Source: an uncultured Desulfobacter sp. (GTDB taxonomy: Bacteria; Desulfobacterota; Desulfobacteria; Desulfobacterales; Desulfobacteraceae). Taken from it: 64,000 nucleotides of DNA. The notes under the pieces were generated by a model. It saw only the letters and a program-made list of their open reading frames with translations, had not been told where the DNA came from and made no database searches. Positions 1 to 9,798 of this stretch are shown here, in pieces; position 1 is the stretch's first letter; each line of letters opens with the position of its first letter. The position numbers and the translations under genes were made by a program. Location of the stretch: positions 5,248,001 through 5,312,000 of the forward strand of contig OY762069.1 of the NCBI GenBank assembly GCA_963665095.1, written 5' to 3'.

Positions 1-67
1 TCTCAAGCCCGAACAGCTGGATGAGGTGGATATCAGCAGGTATCTGTCAAAATCCATGAGCAGCTGA
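1..67 (+). CDS. 3' end of an upstream gene (partial, product unknown)
   Basis: Open frame from base 2, LKPEQLDEVDISRYLSKSMSS, ending at TGA 65-67. Confidence 0.5.
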   Translation, partial: LKPEQLDEVDISRYLSKSMSS

Positions 68-275
68 TCCTGTAGTGAATCGTAATTTATAACAGACACT
101 GGATATTGAATTCCGCCGGTTTTCTGGCAGTGCCTTTTTTCCTTCAGGATGCCTTGACAAAAACAACGAACCCTGTCTTAAAGGTGATTTTAAGAATCCA
201 TAATCAAAATTGTATGACCAGCTTAAGATTTCTTAAGGGCTTTAGTTGCGTTGCAATATTTAGTGGGAGGGTGGC

Positions 276-1340
276 ATGCCCAGATTTTTCAGGGAGTCAG
301 AGAAAAAAGCAGGCGCACCGCCGGGGCTTCAGGTCGATGCGTTACCTGTGGCAGGACCTGGTGCGGATATTTGTGTTTACACCTACTCAAAGGAGTCGTT
401 TGAAAAGCATAGGCCATCAGATATTAATGCGGTTTTACCTTTAATTCGTGAAAAAAAAACAGCCTGGATTCAGGTAACCGGCCTGGGGGACCTTTCACTT
501 TTTTCAAAGATGGGGGACCTGTTCAATATCCATACCCTGACACTGGAGGACATGGTCAATCCGGCACACCCACCCAAATTCGACGATTTTGACAACTATT
601 TTTTTGTGATACTGAAACAACTGGTTTTTGACCCTGACACCCGGGAGGTGACTGTCGGTCAAATCAGTCTGACTGTCCTGGACAACCTGCTGATTTTTGT
701 CCAGGAAAAAAGGTCCCCCTGCCTTGACCCGGTGGAAAAACGGCTTGAGGCAGGAAGGGGGCGGATTCGCACAGCCGGGGTCGGTTACCTTGCTTATGCC
801 TTGATTGACGCCGTTGTTGACCAGTATTTTGATGTGATTACCCAGATTGCAGACCAGGTGGAATCCCTTGAACATGAGATGCTGGAAAGTACAGGTCCTG
901 ATCATCTTGAACAGATTCACCGTCTTAAGCGCGAAATGATATTTTTGTATAAACAGATTCGGCCGATCCGGGAGATGGTCAGCGACCTGATGAAGTCCGA
1001 ATCTCCACTGATTCCGGGTGAGGCCATCCGATTTTATGCCGATATTCAGGACCATATCATCCATCTGCTGGATACGGTAAATTCGCTTCGCGAGCTTTTG
1101 TCGGGCATGCTGGATTTTTACCTGTCTGCCCAGGGTAACCGGATGAATGAAGTCATGGCGACCCTGACCATTATCTCCACCATTTTTATTCCTTTAAGCT
1201 TTCTTGCCGGCATTTACGGGATGAACTTTAAGTTCATGCCGGAGCTTGAGTGGCAGTGGGGGTATTTTGTTTTGCTGGGAGTTATGGGTACTGTCGGTGG
1301 GGCCATGGTTGTCTATTTTAGGAAAAAAGGCTGGTTTTAG
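276..1340 (+). CDS. corA: Magnesium/cobalt transporter CorA
   Basis: 354 aa; YGMNF signature and MPEL loop between two C-terminal TM helices; GGGAGG RBS. Confidence 0.95.
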   Translation: MPRFFRESEKKAGAPPGLQVDALPVAGPGADICVYTYSKESFEKHRPSDINAVLPLIREKKTAWIQVTGLGDLSLFSKMGDLFNIHTLTLEDMVNPAHPPKFDDFDNYFFVILKQLVFDPDTREVTVGQISLTVLDNLLIFVQEKRSPCLDPVEKRLEAGRGRIRTAGVGYLAYALIDAVVDQYFDVITQIADQVESLEHEMLESTGPDHLEQIHRLKREMIFLYKQIRPIREMVSDLMKSESPLIPGEAIRFYADIQDHIIHLLDTVNSLRELLSGMLDFYLSAQGNRMNEVMATLTIISTIFIPLSFLAGIYGMNFKFMPELEWQWGYFVLLGVMGTVGGAMVVYFRKKGWF

Positions 1341-1352
1341 GAGCAGGCGGTT

Positions 1353-3959
1353 ATGATGGAATTTTGGAAATTTTTTTTTAAAATCAAAAAACAGAGCCTG
1401 AAATCTGTTATCAATACCCTGGTGATACTGCTTCTTCTTTTATTATCACCAGGGCCATGGTTCTATGCATCTGCTGACGAGCCGGTCACTGATACGAACT
1501 TACAGCTTGTCGATGGGTTAAGTCAGATACTGAATAAGTCGCTGAGTGCCGAGCTTAAAAGTTTGGAAAAAAATAAAAGCCGCCTGGAGCGCGAAGAGCA
1601 GGACCAGATATACCTGACAGCGGCATATAATGCGTATCGTCTCCAACTCTCCTCTTTCTGGAACCTTTTGCTGAACAATGACACAGAGCTTTCTACACTG
1701 CAGAAAACAAAAGCAGAGCTTAAATCGTCCATGGGGGATGCCCAGAACATGGTTGACGGTCTTATCCCGGCTGAAAATACATTAAAACAGGAATTGGAAA
1801 ATCTTGAAAAACAGAAGCAGCTTGTGGATAAACAGCTTACTGAACTGGCTGAAATGAATGCAGATGCCCAGGCGCATCCGGACACCAGGGCCATTGAGGC
1901 AACTGCCAGGCAGCTTGCCGGTATCCTCAAGGAAAAAGAGGAACTGGTTTCAAGACTGGATGTCATATATAAAGGTCGCCTTGAAAAAATGGGAGAAATA
2001 CAGCAGGCCTTTTCAGCTTTGGACACCCGGCTTAGTGATATTATTGAACAGAAAAAGACCAGAAACCTTTTTGAACGCCAGAAAAAAAGTTCCAGGTATG
2101 AGGCGTTTGACCGGATTATAGTGGAAGCCCGGAACCTGGCTAAAATGGTCCGGCAGGTGACTGCCCCGACATTCTGGATTGAAGGGGGGCAGAAATTGTG
2201 GCAGGGGGCAGGGCTGGTGGCGGCATCATTTATTCTTGTGTTTGCTGTTGTGCTGATCGTTCTTCGCCGTATAAAATCGGAGGCCCTGGTCCTTCGCAGT
2301 ATTCCGGTCGTGGAAAAACTCGGCCCCTGGCACCAGATGGCGGCCGATCTCCTGGTTCTTTCTATCATTCCCGGAGGTCTGGCCATGACCGTTTTCCTTT
2401 ACAGCAGACTGGATAAAATGTCCCTGGTCGCGGGTACGTTTTCAAGTCTGTCCCTTATGGTTCTGATCTGTCTTGCCTCCAGATGGCTGAATCAGGCGTT
2501 GTCAACCGTTGCCGGTCCTGTGGCTGGGGATGAAACAGATGCCCGGCGTCTGATTCGCCTATGCAGGGCAGGGGCCTGTTTTATCCTTGTTTGTATTGTT
2601 TTAGGCGCAGCCCTCGGTCAGGATTCTGCCCTTCTGGCACTGTTCCGGGTGTCCGGGGCCTTGTGTGCAATGGTCTGGGCCATGATGACCTGGGGAAGTT
2701 TTCATTCCAGCCAGGTCGGCCAGGCCATGGAGAAAGGGGAGAAAGCCCTGCTTTTAAAACGTCTTGCCACCAAATACGTGGTGCTGACCATTGCAGGGGG
2801 CGCCCTGTTTCTGGACATGACCGGTTATGGCCTGTTATCTTCCCACTGGCTTGTTTCCTGGGCCCAGACTCTTCTGCTGTTTTTCTGGTGGGCCATATTT
2901 TACTGGCTGCTGCATGAATGGGATGGTTATTTCAGGGAGCAGAGCCGCAGCCGGAAAGAGGATTTCCTCTATGATGACTATCCTGTCCAGTGGCTCACCA
3001 TCCGGGCAGGTCAGTTCTGCTGGCTTTTATCTTTAGGTGCTCTTTTTCTGCTGACCTGGGGCAATCCCCAGACCATACTGGGAAGCCTCTACCGGGGACT
3101 GGCCCATCCCATAAGTATTGGCAGCATGCAGTTCAGCCTGCTGGGAATGATTCTTGCCGGATTTGTGCTGATTTTTACGTCAGTCCTGATCCGGATGTGG
3201 AAGTGGATTTTTCAAAGCAAATTTTTAAGCCGCAGCGGGATGGCCCTGGGACTGCAGGAGTCCATCACCACCATTTCCGTTTATCTGATCTGGGCGTTTG
3301 GCGTTCTGGTGGCCCTGCATGTGTTTGGCCTGAATACCGCATCTTTAGCTGTGGCATTTGGTGCCCTGGGCATTGGTATTGGATTTGGCCTCCAGAATAT
3401 TGTAAATAATTTTATATCCGGTATTATCCTTCTGTTTGAACGGCCTATCCAGGTTGGAGATGATGTGGAGGTCAATGGTATCTGGGCCCAGGTGAAAAAA
3501 ATAAATGTCCGGTCTACGGTGGTGCAGACCTATGATAATGCCGCTTTGATCATTCCCAATGCCGACCTGATTTCAAATCAGGTAACCAACTGGAGTTTTA
3601 AGGATAAGCGGATCCGTCGTAAGATAAATGTGGGGGTGGCTTACGGGTCTGATATTGACCTGGTGAGAGATACCCTGCTACAGATTGCTGCCGACGCCCC
3701 CAATGTTTTACGCTATCCCAGACCTGATGTCCTGTTTACCGATTTTGGAGACAGCGCCCTGAATTTTGTATTGCGGTTGTGGACGGATGTGGATCATATG
3801 CTGGTAGTGGATACAGATATCCGGTTCAGGATCGATAAAAAATTCAGGGAAAACAATATTGAGATCAGCTTTCCCCAGCGGGATATTCATATCCGGTCCA
3901 TTAAAGGGGCTGACAGGTTTTTTAAAAAGTCTGCTGGGGATATCGACATCCCTGAATGA
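1353..3959 (+). CDS. Large MscS-family (MscK-like) mechanosensitive channel
   Basis: N-terminal coiled coil, many TM helices, C-terminal MscS core (GIGIGFGLQNIVNNFISG, GDDVEV, IIPN, FPQR). Confidence 0.92.
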   Translation: MMEFWKFFFKIKKQSLKSVINTLVILLLLLLSPGPWFYASADEPVTDTNLQLVDGLSQILNKSLSAELKSLEKNKSRLEREEQDQIYLTAAYNAYRLQLSSFWNLLLNNDTELSTLQKTKAELKSSMGDAQNMVDGLIPAENTLKQELENLEKQKQLVDKQLTELAEMNADAQAHPDTRAIEATARQLAGILKEKEELVSRLDVIYKGRLEKMGEIQQAFSALDTRLSDIIEQKKTRNLFERQKKSSRYEAFDRIIVEARNLAKMVRQVTAPTFWIEGGQKLWQGAGLVAASFILVFAVVLIVLRRIKSEALVLRSIPVVEKLGPWHQMAADLLVLSIIPGGLAMTVFLYSRLDKMSLVAGTFSSLSLMVLICLASRWLNQALSTVAGPVAGDETDARRLIRLCRAGACFILVCIVLGAALGQDSALLALFRVSGALCAMVWAMMTWGSFHSSQVGQAMEKGEKALLLKRLATKYVVLTIAGGALFLDMTGYGLLSSHWLVSWAQTLLLFFWWAIFYWLLHEWDGYFREQSRSRKEDFLYDDYPVQWLTIRAGQFCWLLSLGALFLLTWGNPQTILGSLYRGLAHPISIGSMQFSLLGMILAGFVLIFTSVLIRMWKWIFQSKFLSRSGMALGLQESITTISVYLIWAFGVLVALHVFGLNTASLAVAFGALGIGIGFGLQNIVNNFISGIILLFERPIQVGDDVEVNGIWAQVKKINVRSTVVQTYDNAALIIPNADLISNQVTNWSFKDKRIRRKINVGVAYGSDIDLVRDTLLQIAADAPNVLRYPRPDVLFTDFGDSALNFVLRLWTDVDHMLVVDTDIRFRIDKKFRENNIEISFPQRDIHIRSIKGADRFFKKSAGDIDIPE

Positions 3960-4004
3960 CCAACGTTATAATGCGGCTGGGCTGGTCAATCCCGGGTGAC
4001 TCGG

Positions 4005-4178
4005 TTATTCATCCGGGTCAAGACCCCGTTCCGTGATCATATAAATGGGGCAGGACGGTCTGTACTTGCAGTAAATTTTGGGGTCTTTGCAGTGGAGGCA
4101 TTCTTTACACTGGTAAATATTATATTTGGCACACCGGTATGGGGTTTCCCGGTTCGGATGTTTAGCGCATGTACCCAT
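4005..4178 (-). CDS. Small Cys/His-rich putative metal-binding protein (57 aa)
   Basis: ATG at 4178 preceded by AAAGGA; CxxH-x8-C-x7-CxxCxxC-x6-C-x5-C; fills the gap between mscS and hom. Confidence 0.7.
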   Translation of the reverse strand: MGTCAKHPNRETPYRCAKYNIYQCKECLHCKDPKIYCKYRPSCPIYMITERGLDPDE

Positions 4179-4276
4179 ATCAAGTCCTTTGCAGCAGTCC
4201 GGCATTCTATATCAGCTGGCTGGTAATAAATATTTTCAGATCCTAACTGTTTTTAAACGCAGAGGGAAAGGAAAAA

Positions 4277-5593
4277 ATGAGCGATTGTGTGAATGTGGGT
4301 ATGTTTGGTCTGGGCAATGTGGGCCAGGGGGTGGTTGAACTGCTAAAGGAAAACACGTCCCTGATTGAACAGCGTGCGTGCCGGTCGGTATGCCTGAAGA
4401 AAGTGGTGGTTTCAGATGTTTTCAAAGATAGAGGCCATATAGCAGAAGATTTTGCTGTCAGCAGCGACCCGAAATTTATCCTGGATGATCCGGAAATCGA
4501 TATTGTCATTGAGGTTATTGGCGGCCTGGATATGGCTGAAACAATTATCCTGGAAGCGCTGGCCAGGGGCAAGTCTGTTATTACGGCAAATAAGGCTGTG
4601 CTGGCCGAGCGGGGCGCACAAATATTTCCTGCCGCCTGCCGTGCGTCCGGATGTCTGGGATTTGAATCCAGTGTCGGTACCGCCATCCCCATTATCCGAA
4701 CCTTACGCGAGGGGTTTGCCGGGGATGCCATAGAGCAGATTTTTGGCATTTTTAACGGGACCTCCAATTATATTCTTACCTGCATGTCCAGGGACGGTGT
4801 GGCGTTCAGCCATGCATTGGCGCATGCCAAGGAAGCCGGGCTGGCCGAAGCAGATCCCACCCTGGACATCCAGGGTATTGATGCGGCCCATAAGCTGATC
4901 ATCATGATGAACCTTGCCTTTGGGGGTTCGTTTGATTTCTCATCATTGCCGGTGAAAGGTATCTCAACGGTTCAGGCGGCTGACATCCGGTATGCCGGCC
5001 AAATGGGGTATGTGTTGAAACATATTGGTTACGCAGGGAGAACCGATGCGGGGGTTGAGGCATGGGTTCATCCGGTGCTGGTGCCGGAGGACCATGTCCT
5101 GGCCTCTGTGAATGATGCCTTTAACGCCGTCTGTGTTAATGGCCGATTCATGGGGCCCTCCATGGTATACGGCCTGGGGGCGGGCCCAGGACCGACGGCT
5201 GTGGGGATTATGGCCGATGTGATTGAGGTGTGCAGGGGCGGATGTAAAAAACAGTATTCACCTGTTTCGGTTCCCCTGGAACTCTGGCAGCCCCGGTCCA
5301 TGTTGCCCATGGATGTTATTGCTTCGGAACATTACTTACGGTTTCGGGTCAGGGACAGGCTGGGAGTACTGGCAGGCATTTCACAGATTCTGGCGGAAAA
5401 CCGGATCAGTATCCGGTCTGTGATCCAGGAAGGGAACGGTGCCCACCGGTCCCATGAGACAGATGTCGTGCTGATCACCCATTCAGCCCTTGAAGCGGAT
5501 ATCAGGCACGCACTGACCCGTATTGACGCCCTGCCCTTTATCGTTGGGGAGACACAGCGCATTCTGATAAACCGCGAGATGCAGATATCATGA
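4277..5593 (+). CDS. hom: Homoserine dehydrogenase with C-terminal ACT domain
   Basis: GLGNVG Rossmann motif, VITANK, FNGTSNYIL, EADPTLDIQGIDAAHK, GAGPGPTA, ACT (DRLGVLA). Confidence 0.93.
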   Translation: MSDCVNVGMFGLGNVGQGVVELLKENTSLIEQRACRSVCLKKVVVSDVFKDRGHIAEDFAVSSDPKFILDDPEIDIVIEVIGGLDMAETIILEALARGKSVITANKAVLAERGAQIFPAACRASGCLGFESSVGTAIPIIRTLREGFAGDAIEQIFGIFNGTSNYILTCMSRDGVAFSHALAHAKEAGLAEADPTLDIQGIDAAHKLIIMMNLAFGGSFDFSSLPVKGISTVQAADIRYAGQMGYVLKHIGYAGRTDAGVEAWVHPVLVPEDHVLASVNDAFNAVCVNGRFMGPSMVYGLGAGPGPTAVGIMADVIEVCRGGCKKQYSPVSVPLELWQPRSMLPMDVIASEHYLRFRVRDRLGVLAGISQILAENRISIRSVIQEGNGAHRSHETDVVLITHSALEADIRHALTRIDALPFIVGETQRILINREMQIS

Positions 5594-6093
5594 AAGCCGG
5601 AGGCAGGATAAATATTGCTAAATTCTGCAGTGCTTACGGGCAGGCAGTAACTGATTTGATCGTTCATATCCAGCAACAGGAATTCGGTCTGCCAATAACC
5701 GCCCTGGATCAGCCTGACCTGGCTGATATCCCGGGATTTTACCAAAAAGGCAGCGGTCAGTTCTGGGTGGCCCTTCACCAGGGGCAGGTCGTGGGCACCA
5801 TTGCACTGCTGGATATCGGCAATCATCAGGCCGCCCTGCGAAAGATGTTTGTACAATCGGATTTCAGGGGCAGGGAGCGGGGAACGGCAAAAAAATTGCT
5901 TGAAAATCTTCTGGCCTGGGCCAGACGCAGGCCGATCCGGCAGATATTCCTGGGGACCACCTCCAAATTTCTGGCCGCCCACAGATTTTACGAAAAAACC
6001 GGATTCGGACAGATCCCCAGGACCGATCTGCCGGGCTCCTTTCCTGTTATGAAGGTCGATACCAGATTTTATCAATATGACATCCGGCCTTAG
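5590..6093 (+). CDS. GNAT-family N-acetyltransferase
   Basis: LRKMFVQSDFRGRERG acetyl-CoA-binding motif A, AHRFYEKTGF; ATGA overlap with hom. Confidence 0.88.
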   Translation: MKAGGRINIAKFCSAYGQAVTDLIVHIQQQEFGLPITALDQPDLADIPGFYQKGSGQFWVALHQGQVVGTIALLDIGNHQAALRKMFVQSDFRGRERGTAKKLLENLLAWARRRPIRQIFLGTTSKFLAAHRFYEKTGFGQIPRTDLPGSFPVMKVDTRFYQYDIRP

Positions 6094-6191
6094 GCTGTTG
6101 GGTCCTCATGTCGTTATCCATTGATGCTGGGCTTGTTTGGCGCCTTCTTATCCAGACGTATGCAATGAGAAATTCAAAGAAGTTAATTATT

Positions 6192-6239
6192 TAGTGTCTG
6201 AACGGAAACCCCGCGTTTGGTGTTTTCGTTCAAACACTA
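6192..6239. repeat. Short MITE/REP-like element with imperfect terminal inverted repeats
   Basis: TAGTGTCTGAACGGAAA (6192-6208) and TTTTCGTTCAAACACTA (6223-6239) are 15/17 complementary; 6194-6223 matches the reverse complement of 58720-58749 at 26/30. Confidence 0.65.
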
Positions 6240-6319
6240 TTTACAAGGATGTTCATATCTCTTATACTTTTGGCGTATATTAATGTCACTCCTTATAGTG
6301 TTTCATTGCAGGAAAACTC

Positions 6320-6640
6320 ATGGATTTTCGTAAAATTGCCACTTTTTTGAGCATTGATGAGGATGAAGCTGAAGAGCTGGGTCGGCTTCTGGTCGATACC
6401 ATGGCGTCTGACCTGGAAAAACTTCGTAAGGGTCTCCATGACAATGACCTGGAGGCGGTTGCTTTTGTGGCCCACTCCATCAAGGGGGCAGCCGGCAATC
6501 TGGGGTTTGATACACTTTCGCAGCTGGCGGCAGGTATGGAAGTTGATGCCCGGGCAGGTCAGTCCGGGGGATTTCATGACCTTATTAATGAATTGCAGAT
6601 TCATCTGGATGCGCTTAACCTGAGCCTTGCAGGCAAATAG
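6320..6640 (+). CDS. Stand-alone Hpt (histidine phosphotransfer) protein
   Basis: AHSIKGAAGNLG Hpt motif, 106 aa. Confidence 0.92.
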   Translation: MDFRKIATFLSIDEDEAEELGRLLVDTMASDLEKLRKGLHDNDLEAVAFVAHSIKGAAGNLGFDTLSQLAAGMEVDARAGQSGGFHDLINELQIHLDALNLSLAGK

Positions 6641-6646
6641 AATAGA

Positions 6647-7762
6647 ATGGCTGATGTTTACACGATACTGATCATTGATGATCATCCATTGAACCTGAAC
6701 CTGATTGAGAAAGCACTGACCAAGGAGGGGTATATTGTCCTTTCTGCGGACAATGGCCCCAATGGCAGGCGTCTGGCTGCTGAAAAGCACCCGGATTTGA
6801 TCCTTCTGGATATTGAAATGCCCGGAGAGAGCGGGTTTGAGGTGATTGAAAAGCTGAAAAATGATACTGCCACAGCCACCATTCCCGTACTTTTTTTAAC
6901 CGGTCTTTCCGAGGTGGATGTCAAACTCAGGGGCTTTGAACTTGGGGCTGTGGATTATATCACCAAGCCCTTTCACTCCCAGGAGGTCCTGGCCCGTGTG
7001 CGGATTCACCTGAAACTGTCCATTGCCACAAACTCCCTGGTGCAGGACCAGGCCAGAAAACTTCGCCAGGTGACCCGTGCCCAGACAGCCATGCTGCCAA
7101 CACCGGAGGCGCATCCGTTTGCCGGATTCAGTGTGTTCTACCAGGCTTTGGAGGAGGCTGGCGGCGATTTTTATGATATCCTGGACATCTCCCGGCATAT
7201 TACAGGCTATTTTCTGGCCGATTCTTCAGGTCATGACATTGAGACCTCCTACATCACGGCATCGCTCAAAGCGCTTCTGGCCCAGAACTGCACCCCGGTT
7301 TACAGGCCCGGTGAAAGCATGAAAATGATCAATGACGTGCTGGTGGAAATTCTGCCGGCGGAAAAATACCTGACAGCATGCTATCTGCACCTGAATCGAA
7401 GCACCCGGGTGATGACCCTTGTAAATATGGGGCATCCGCCTGTGGTCTGCATGCCCAAAGGAGAGCCCCCGTTTTTAATTGACACCCAGGGGGATATCCT
7501 GGGCATGTTTAAGGATGCCACGTTCGGAATAAAAAGAGTTGCCGTAAGCCAGGGTGACCGTTTTTTTATCTATTCCGACGGTCTGGTGGAGTCTGCAGAG
7601 AAAAAGATTTCCTGGGTCGCAGGGGTACAGGATTTTTTACCTGCTTTTAAGGGGCTGGACACAATTTCCCTTGGCGATGTCCCTGGTGCACTGATTTCCC
7701 GTTTGTTTGATGAGAGCAACATGCCAGAGGACGACCTTGTTTTTCTGTGCATTGAGGTGTGA
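6647..7762 (+). CDS. Response regulator with PP2C/SpoIIE phosphatase output domain (RsbU-like)
   Basis: REC domain (DD, DIEMP, KP) followed by GGDFYD, ADSSGH, YSDGL, DD motifs. Confidence 0.92.
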   Translation: MADVYTILIIDDHPLNLNLIEKALTKEGYIVLSADNGPNGRRLAAEKHPDLILLDIEMPGESGFEVIEKLKNDTATATIPVLFLTGLSEVDVKLRGFELGAVDYITKPFHSQEVLARVRIHLKLSIATNSLVQDQARKLRQVTRAQTAMLPTPEAHPFAGFSVFYQALEEAGGDFYDILDISRHITGYFLADSSGHDIETSYITASLKALLAQNCTPVYRPGESMKMINDVLVEILPAEKYLTACYLHLNRSTRVMTLVNMGHPPVVCMPKGEPPFLIDTQGDILGMFKDATFGIKRVAVSQGDRFFIYSDGLVESAEKKISWVAGVQDFLPAFKGLDTISLGDVPGALISRLFDESNMPEDDLVFLCIEV

Positions 7763-8205
7763 GGATGACGGTGCTGACTGACAGATATGAATTCGAAGAG
7801 GGCGCCAACCGTCTTTTTATCCGCTTTTCATCCGACATGGTCCATATTGACACGGCCTGCGGAGCGGTGCTGCTGTTTCTCAAATCCAGAGGGCCGCAGT
7901 TCTTTCCCCACCTGTTTGCTGTAAACCTGGGCATGCGGGAGGCCCTGGCCAATGCTGTCCGCCACGGAAATAAATGTAACACAGACAAGCTGGTCTCACT
8001 GGAGCTGGATCTAAGCCGGAGAGACTGGCTCCGTTTAGTTGTTCATGACCAGGGGCCAGGATTTGACTGGGTTCACCTTCAAGATGAGGTCGTGCCTGAC
8101 GAAGCAGACCATGGCCGGGGTATGAGCATTATGCGGACCTATTTTGACCGTTTCAGCTACAATGAAAAAGGCAATATTCTGTATCTTGAAAAACGCATCC
8201 TGTAA
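7759..8205 (+). CDS. Anti-sigma factor / Ser kinase (RsbW-like HATPase)
   Basis: EALANAVRHGN, DQGPGFD, GRGMSIM motifs; start could be ATG 7765. Confidence 0.9.
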   Translation: MRMTVLTDRYEFEEGANRLFIRFSSDMVHIDTACGAVLLFLKSRGPQFFPHLFAVNLGMREALANAVRHGNKCNTDKLVSLELDLSRRDWLRLVVHDQGPGFDWVHLQDEVVPDEADHGRGMSIMRTYFDRFSYNEKGNILYLEKRIL

Positions 8206-8268
8206 AACAGCCCTTGGCTGTTTCCAAATCATTTTATTCTGTATGTAATTTCGTGAAAAAACTGGCCG

Positions 8269-8317
8269 GGGAATTAATTCCCTGCTAATGTTATTCTAAT
8301 TGATTCCTAATGATTCT
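8269..8317 (+). promoter_or_regulatory. Candidate Pho-box-like tandem repeat array upstream of phoU
   Basis: YTAAT at 8274, 8285, 8296 and 8307 (11-bp period), overlapping perfect palindrome GGGAATTAATTCCC 8269-8282. Confidence 0.5.
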
Positions 8318-8370
8318 GGCGTAGAACCTGACAATAGTATTTTAGACCTTTATGAACTGCAGAGGAGTTT

Positions 8371-9018
8371 ATGACCACCCATTTGACCCGGGCCATGCAC
8401 ACGGTAAAAAAGGAGATTCTCTCCCTTGGTGCCATGGTGGAAGACCGGTTTAAAAAAGCCATATATGCTGTAAAGACAGATGATCTCGAGCAGGCCGCAT
8501 ACATTGTTGAAACCGATTATCTGGTGGATGCCAAAGAGGTCGAAGTTGAGGAGGAGTGCCTGAAAATTCTTGCCCTGTATCAGCCGGTGGCCACGGATTT
8601 AAGGTTGATTGCTGCTGTCATCAAGATTAACAACGATCTTGAGCGCATTGCCGACTATGCCGCGAACATTGCCCAGCGATATAAAACTTCCGGCCGCAAT
8701 GCCAATGTCTTTCAGTATGATTACACCGCCATGGCGGAACAGGCTGCAAAAATGCTGAAACTCAGCCTGGATGCCCTGGTCAGCATGGATGTGGATCTGG
8801 CCTACCAGGTCCGGGAAATGGATGAACAGGTTAATACCATGAGGAATGAAGCCTATCGGGTAATGAAGGATGCCATTCGCAAGGACCCTGAAATGGTGGA
8901 AGAGATTATTAATATGTACCTGATTTCCAGGCATATCGAGCGGGTGGGGGACCATACCAAAAATATTGCTGAAGAGGTCATTTACCTGATAGAAGGTGAA
9001 ATTATCCGTCACTCCTGA
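8371..9018 (+). CDS. phoU: Phosphate signalling protein PhoU
   Basis: QPVATDLR, DLERIADYA, ERVGDHTKNIAE repeat motifs. Confidence 0.95.
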   Translation: MTTHLTRAMHTVKKEILSLGAMVEDRFKKAIYAVKTDDLEQAAYIVETDYLVDAKEVEVEEECLKILALYQPVATDLRLIAAVIKINNDLERIADYAANIAQRYKTSGRNANVFQYDYTAMAEQAAKMLKLSLDALVSMDVDLAYQVREMDEQVNTMRNEAYRVMKDAIRKDPEMVEEIINMYLISRHIERVGDHTKNIAEEVIYLIEGEIIRHS

Positions 9019-9050
9019 TGGCTAACATTATTTTTATGCGGAATTAAAAA

Positions 9051-9740
9051 ATGTCCAAAGAGACCATACTGATTGTCGATGACGAAGAAGACATTCTTGA
9101 ACTGATAAAATTTAACCTTAAGAACGAAGGATATAATATCCTGCAGTCCATGACCGGGGAGGAGGCGATCAAAACAGCCAAACAGTCCAGTCCGGACCTC
9201 ATTGTCCTGGATCTGATGCTGCCCGGAATTGACGGACTTGAGGTGACCCGGTACCTGAAAAGAAATGAAGTGACCTCTGATATCCCCATTGTCATGCTTA
9301 CGGCCAAGGGTGAAGAGTCTGATATTGTCACAGGCCTGGAGTTAGGGGCCAATGATTATATGTCCAAGCCTTTCAGTCCCAGGGAGTTGACCGCAAGGAT
9401 ACGGGCTATTCTGCGGCGGCGACAGAAAAATGCGGAGGAAGCACCGGTCCGTGTCCGCCAGGAAGGGGATATGGTGATAGACCGGGCTAAACACCGGGTC
9501 ACCATTGAGGGCAAGATTGTGGAGTTAACGTTGTCGGAATTTGAACTGCTCTCCTTTCTGGCCGAGAAAAAGGGCTGGGTGTTTACCCGGGGGCAGATTG
9601 TGGATGCCATCCATGGTGAAAATTATGCCGTGACCGAACGTAGTATCGATGTTATTATCGTTGGCCTGCGTAAAAAACTGGGCGCCTATTCATCCTGCAT
9701 TGAAACCGTCCGGGGCGTGGGATACCGTTTTAAGGAATAG
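9051..9740 (+). CDS. phoB: OmpR/PhoB-family response regulator
   Basis: REC plus winged helix (ETVRGVGY); located between phoU and a PhoR-type kinase. Confidence 0.85.
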   Translation: MSKETILIVDDEEDILELIKFNLKNEGYNILQSMTGEEAIKTAKQSSPDLIVLDLMLPGIDGLEVTRYLKRNEVTSDIPIVMLTAKGEESDIVTGLELGANDYMSKPFSPRELTARIRAILRRRQKNAEEAPVRVRQEGDMVIDRAKHRVTIEGKIVELTLSEFELLSFLAEKKGWVFTRGQIVDAIHGENYAVTERSIDVIIVGLRKKLGAYSSCIETVRGVGYRFKE

Positions 9741-9798
9741 GCCTGTATTATTCCGGCACCCGGACATAAGATATATTCGGGGGGGGCGGTACATCTCC

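Noticed and set aside
170..245. CTTAAG/TTAA repeats and small palindromes upstream of corA (PmrA-box-like)
   Set aside because: Spacing varies (10-12 bp) in AT-rich DNA; not distinguishable from chance
8317..8332. TGGCGTAGAACCTGAC as a sigma54 promoter for phoU
   Set aside because: The -12 position reads GA instead of the conserved GC
9649..9798. Extended N-terminus of PhoR from the ORF track
   Set aside because: Overlaps phoB; ATG 9799 directly precedes the first TM helix
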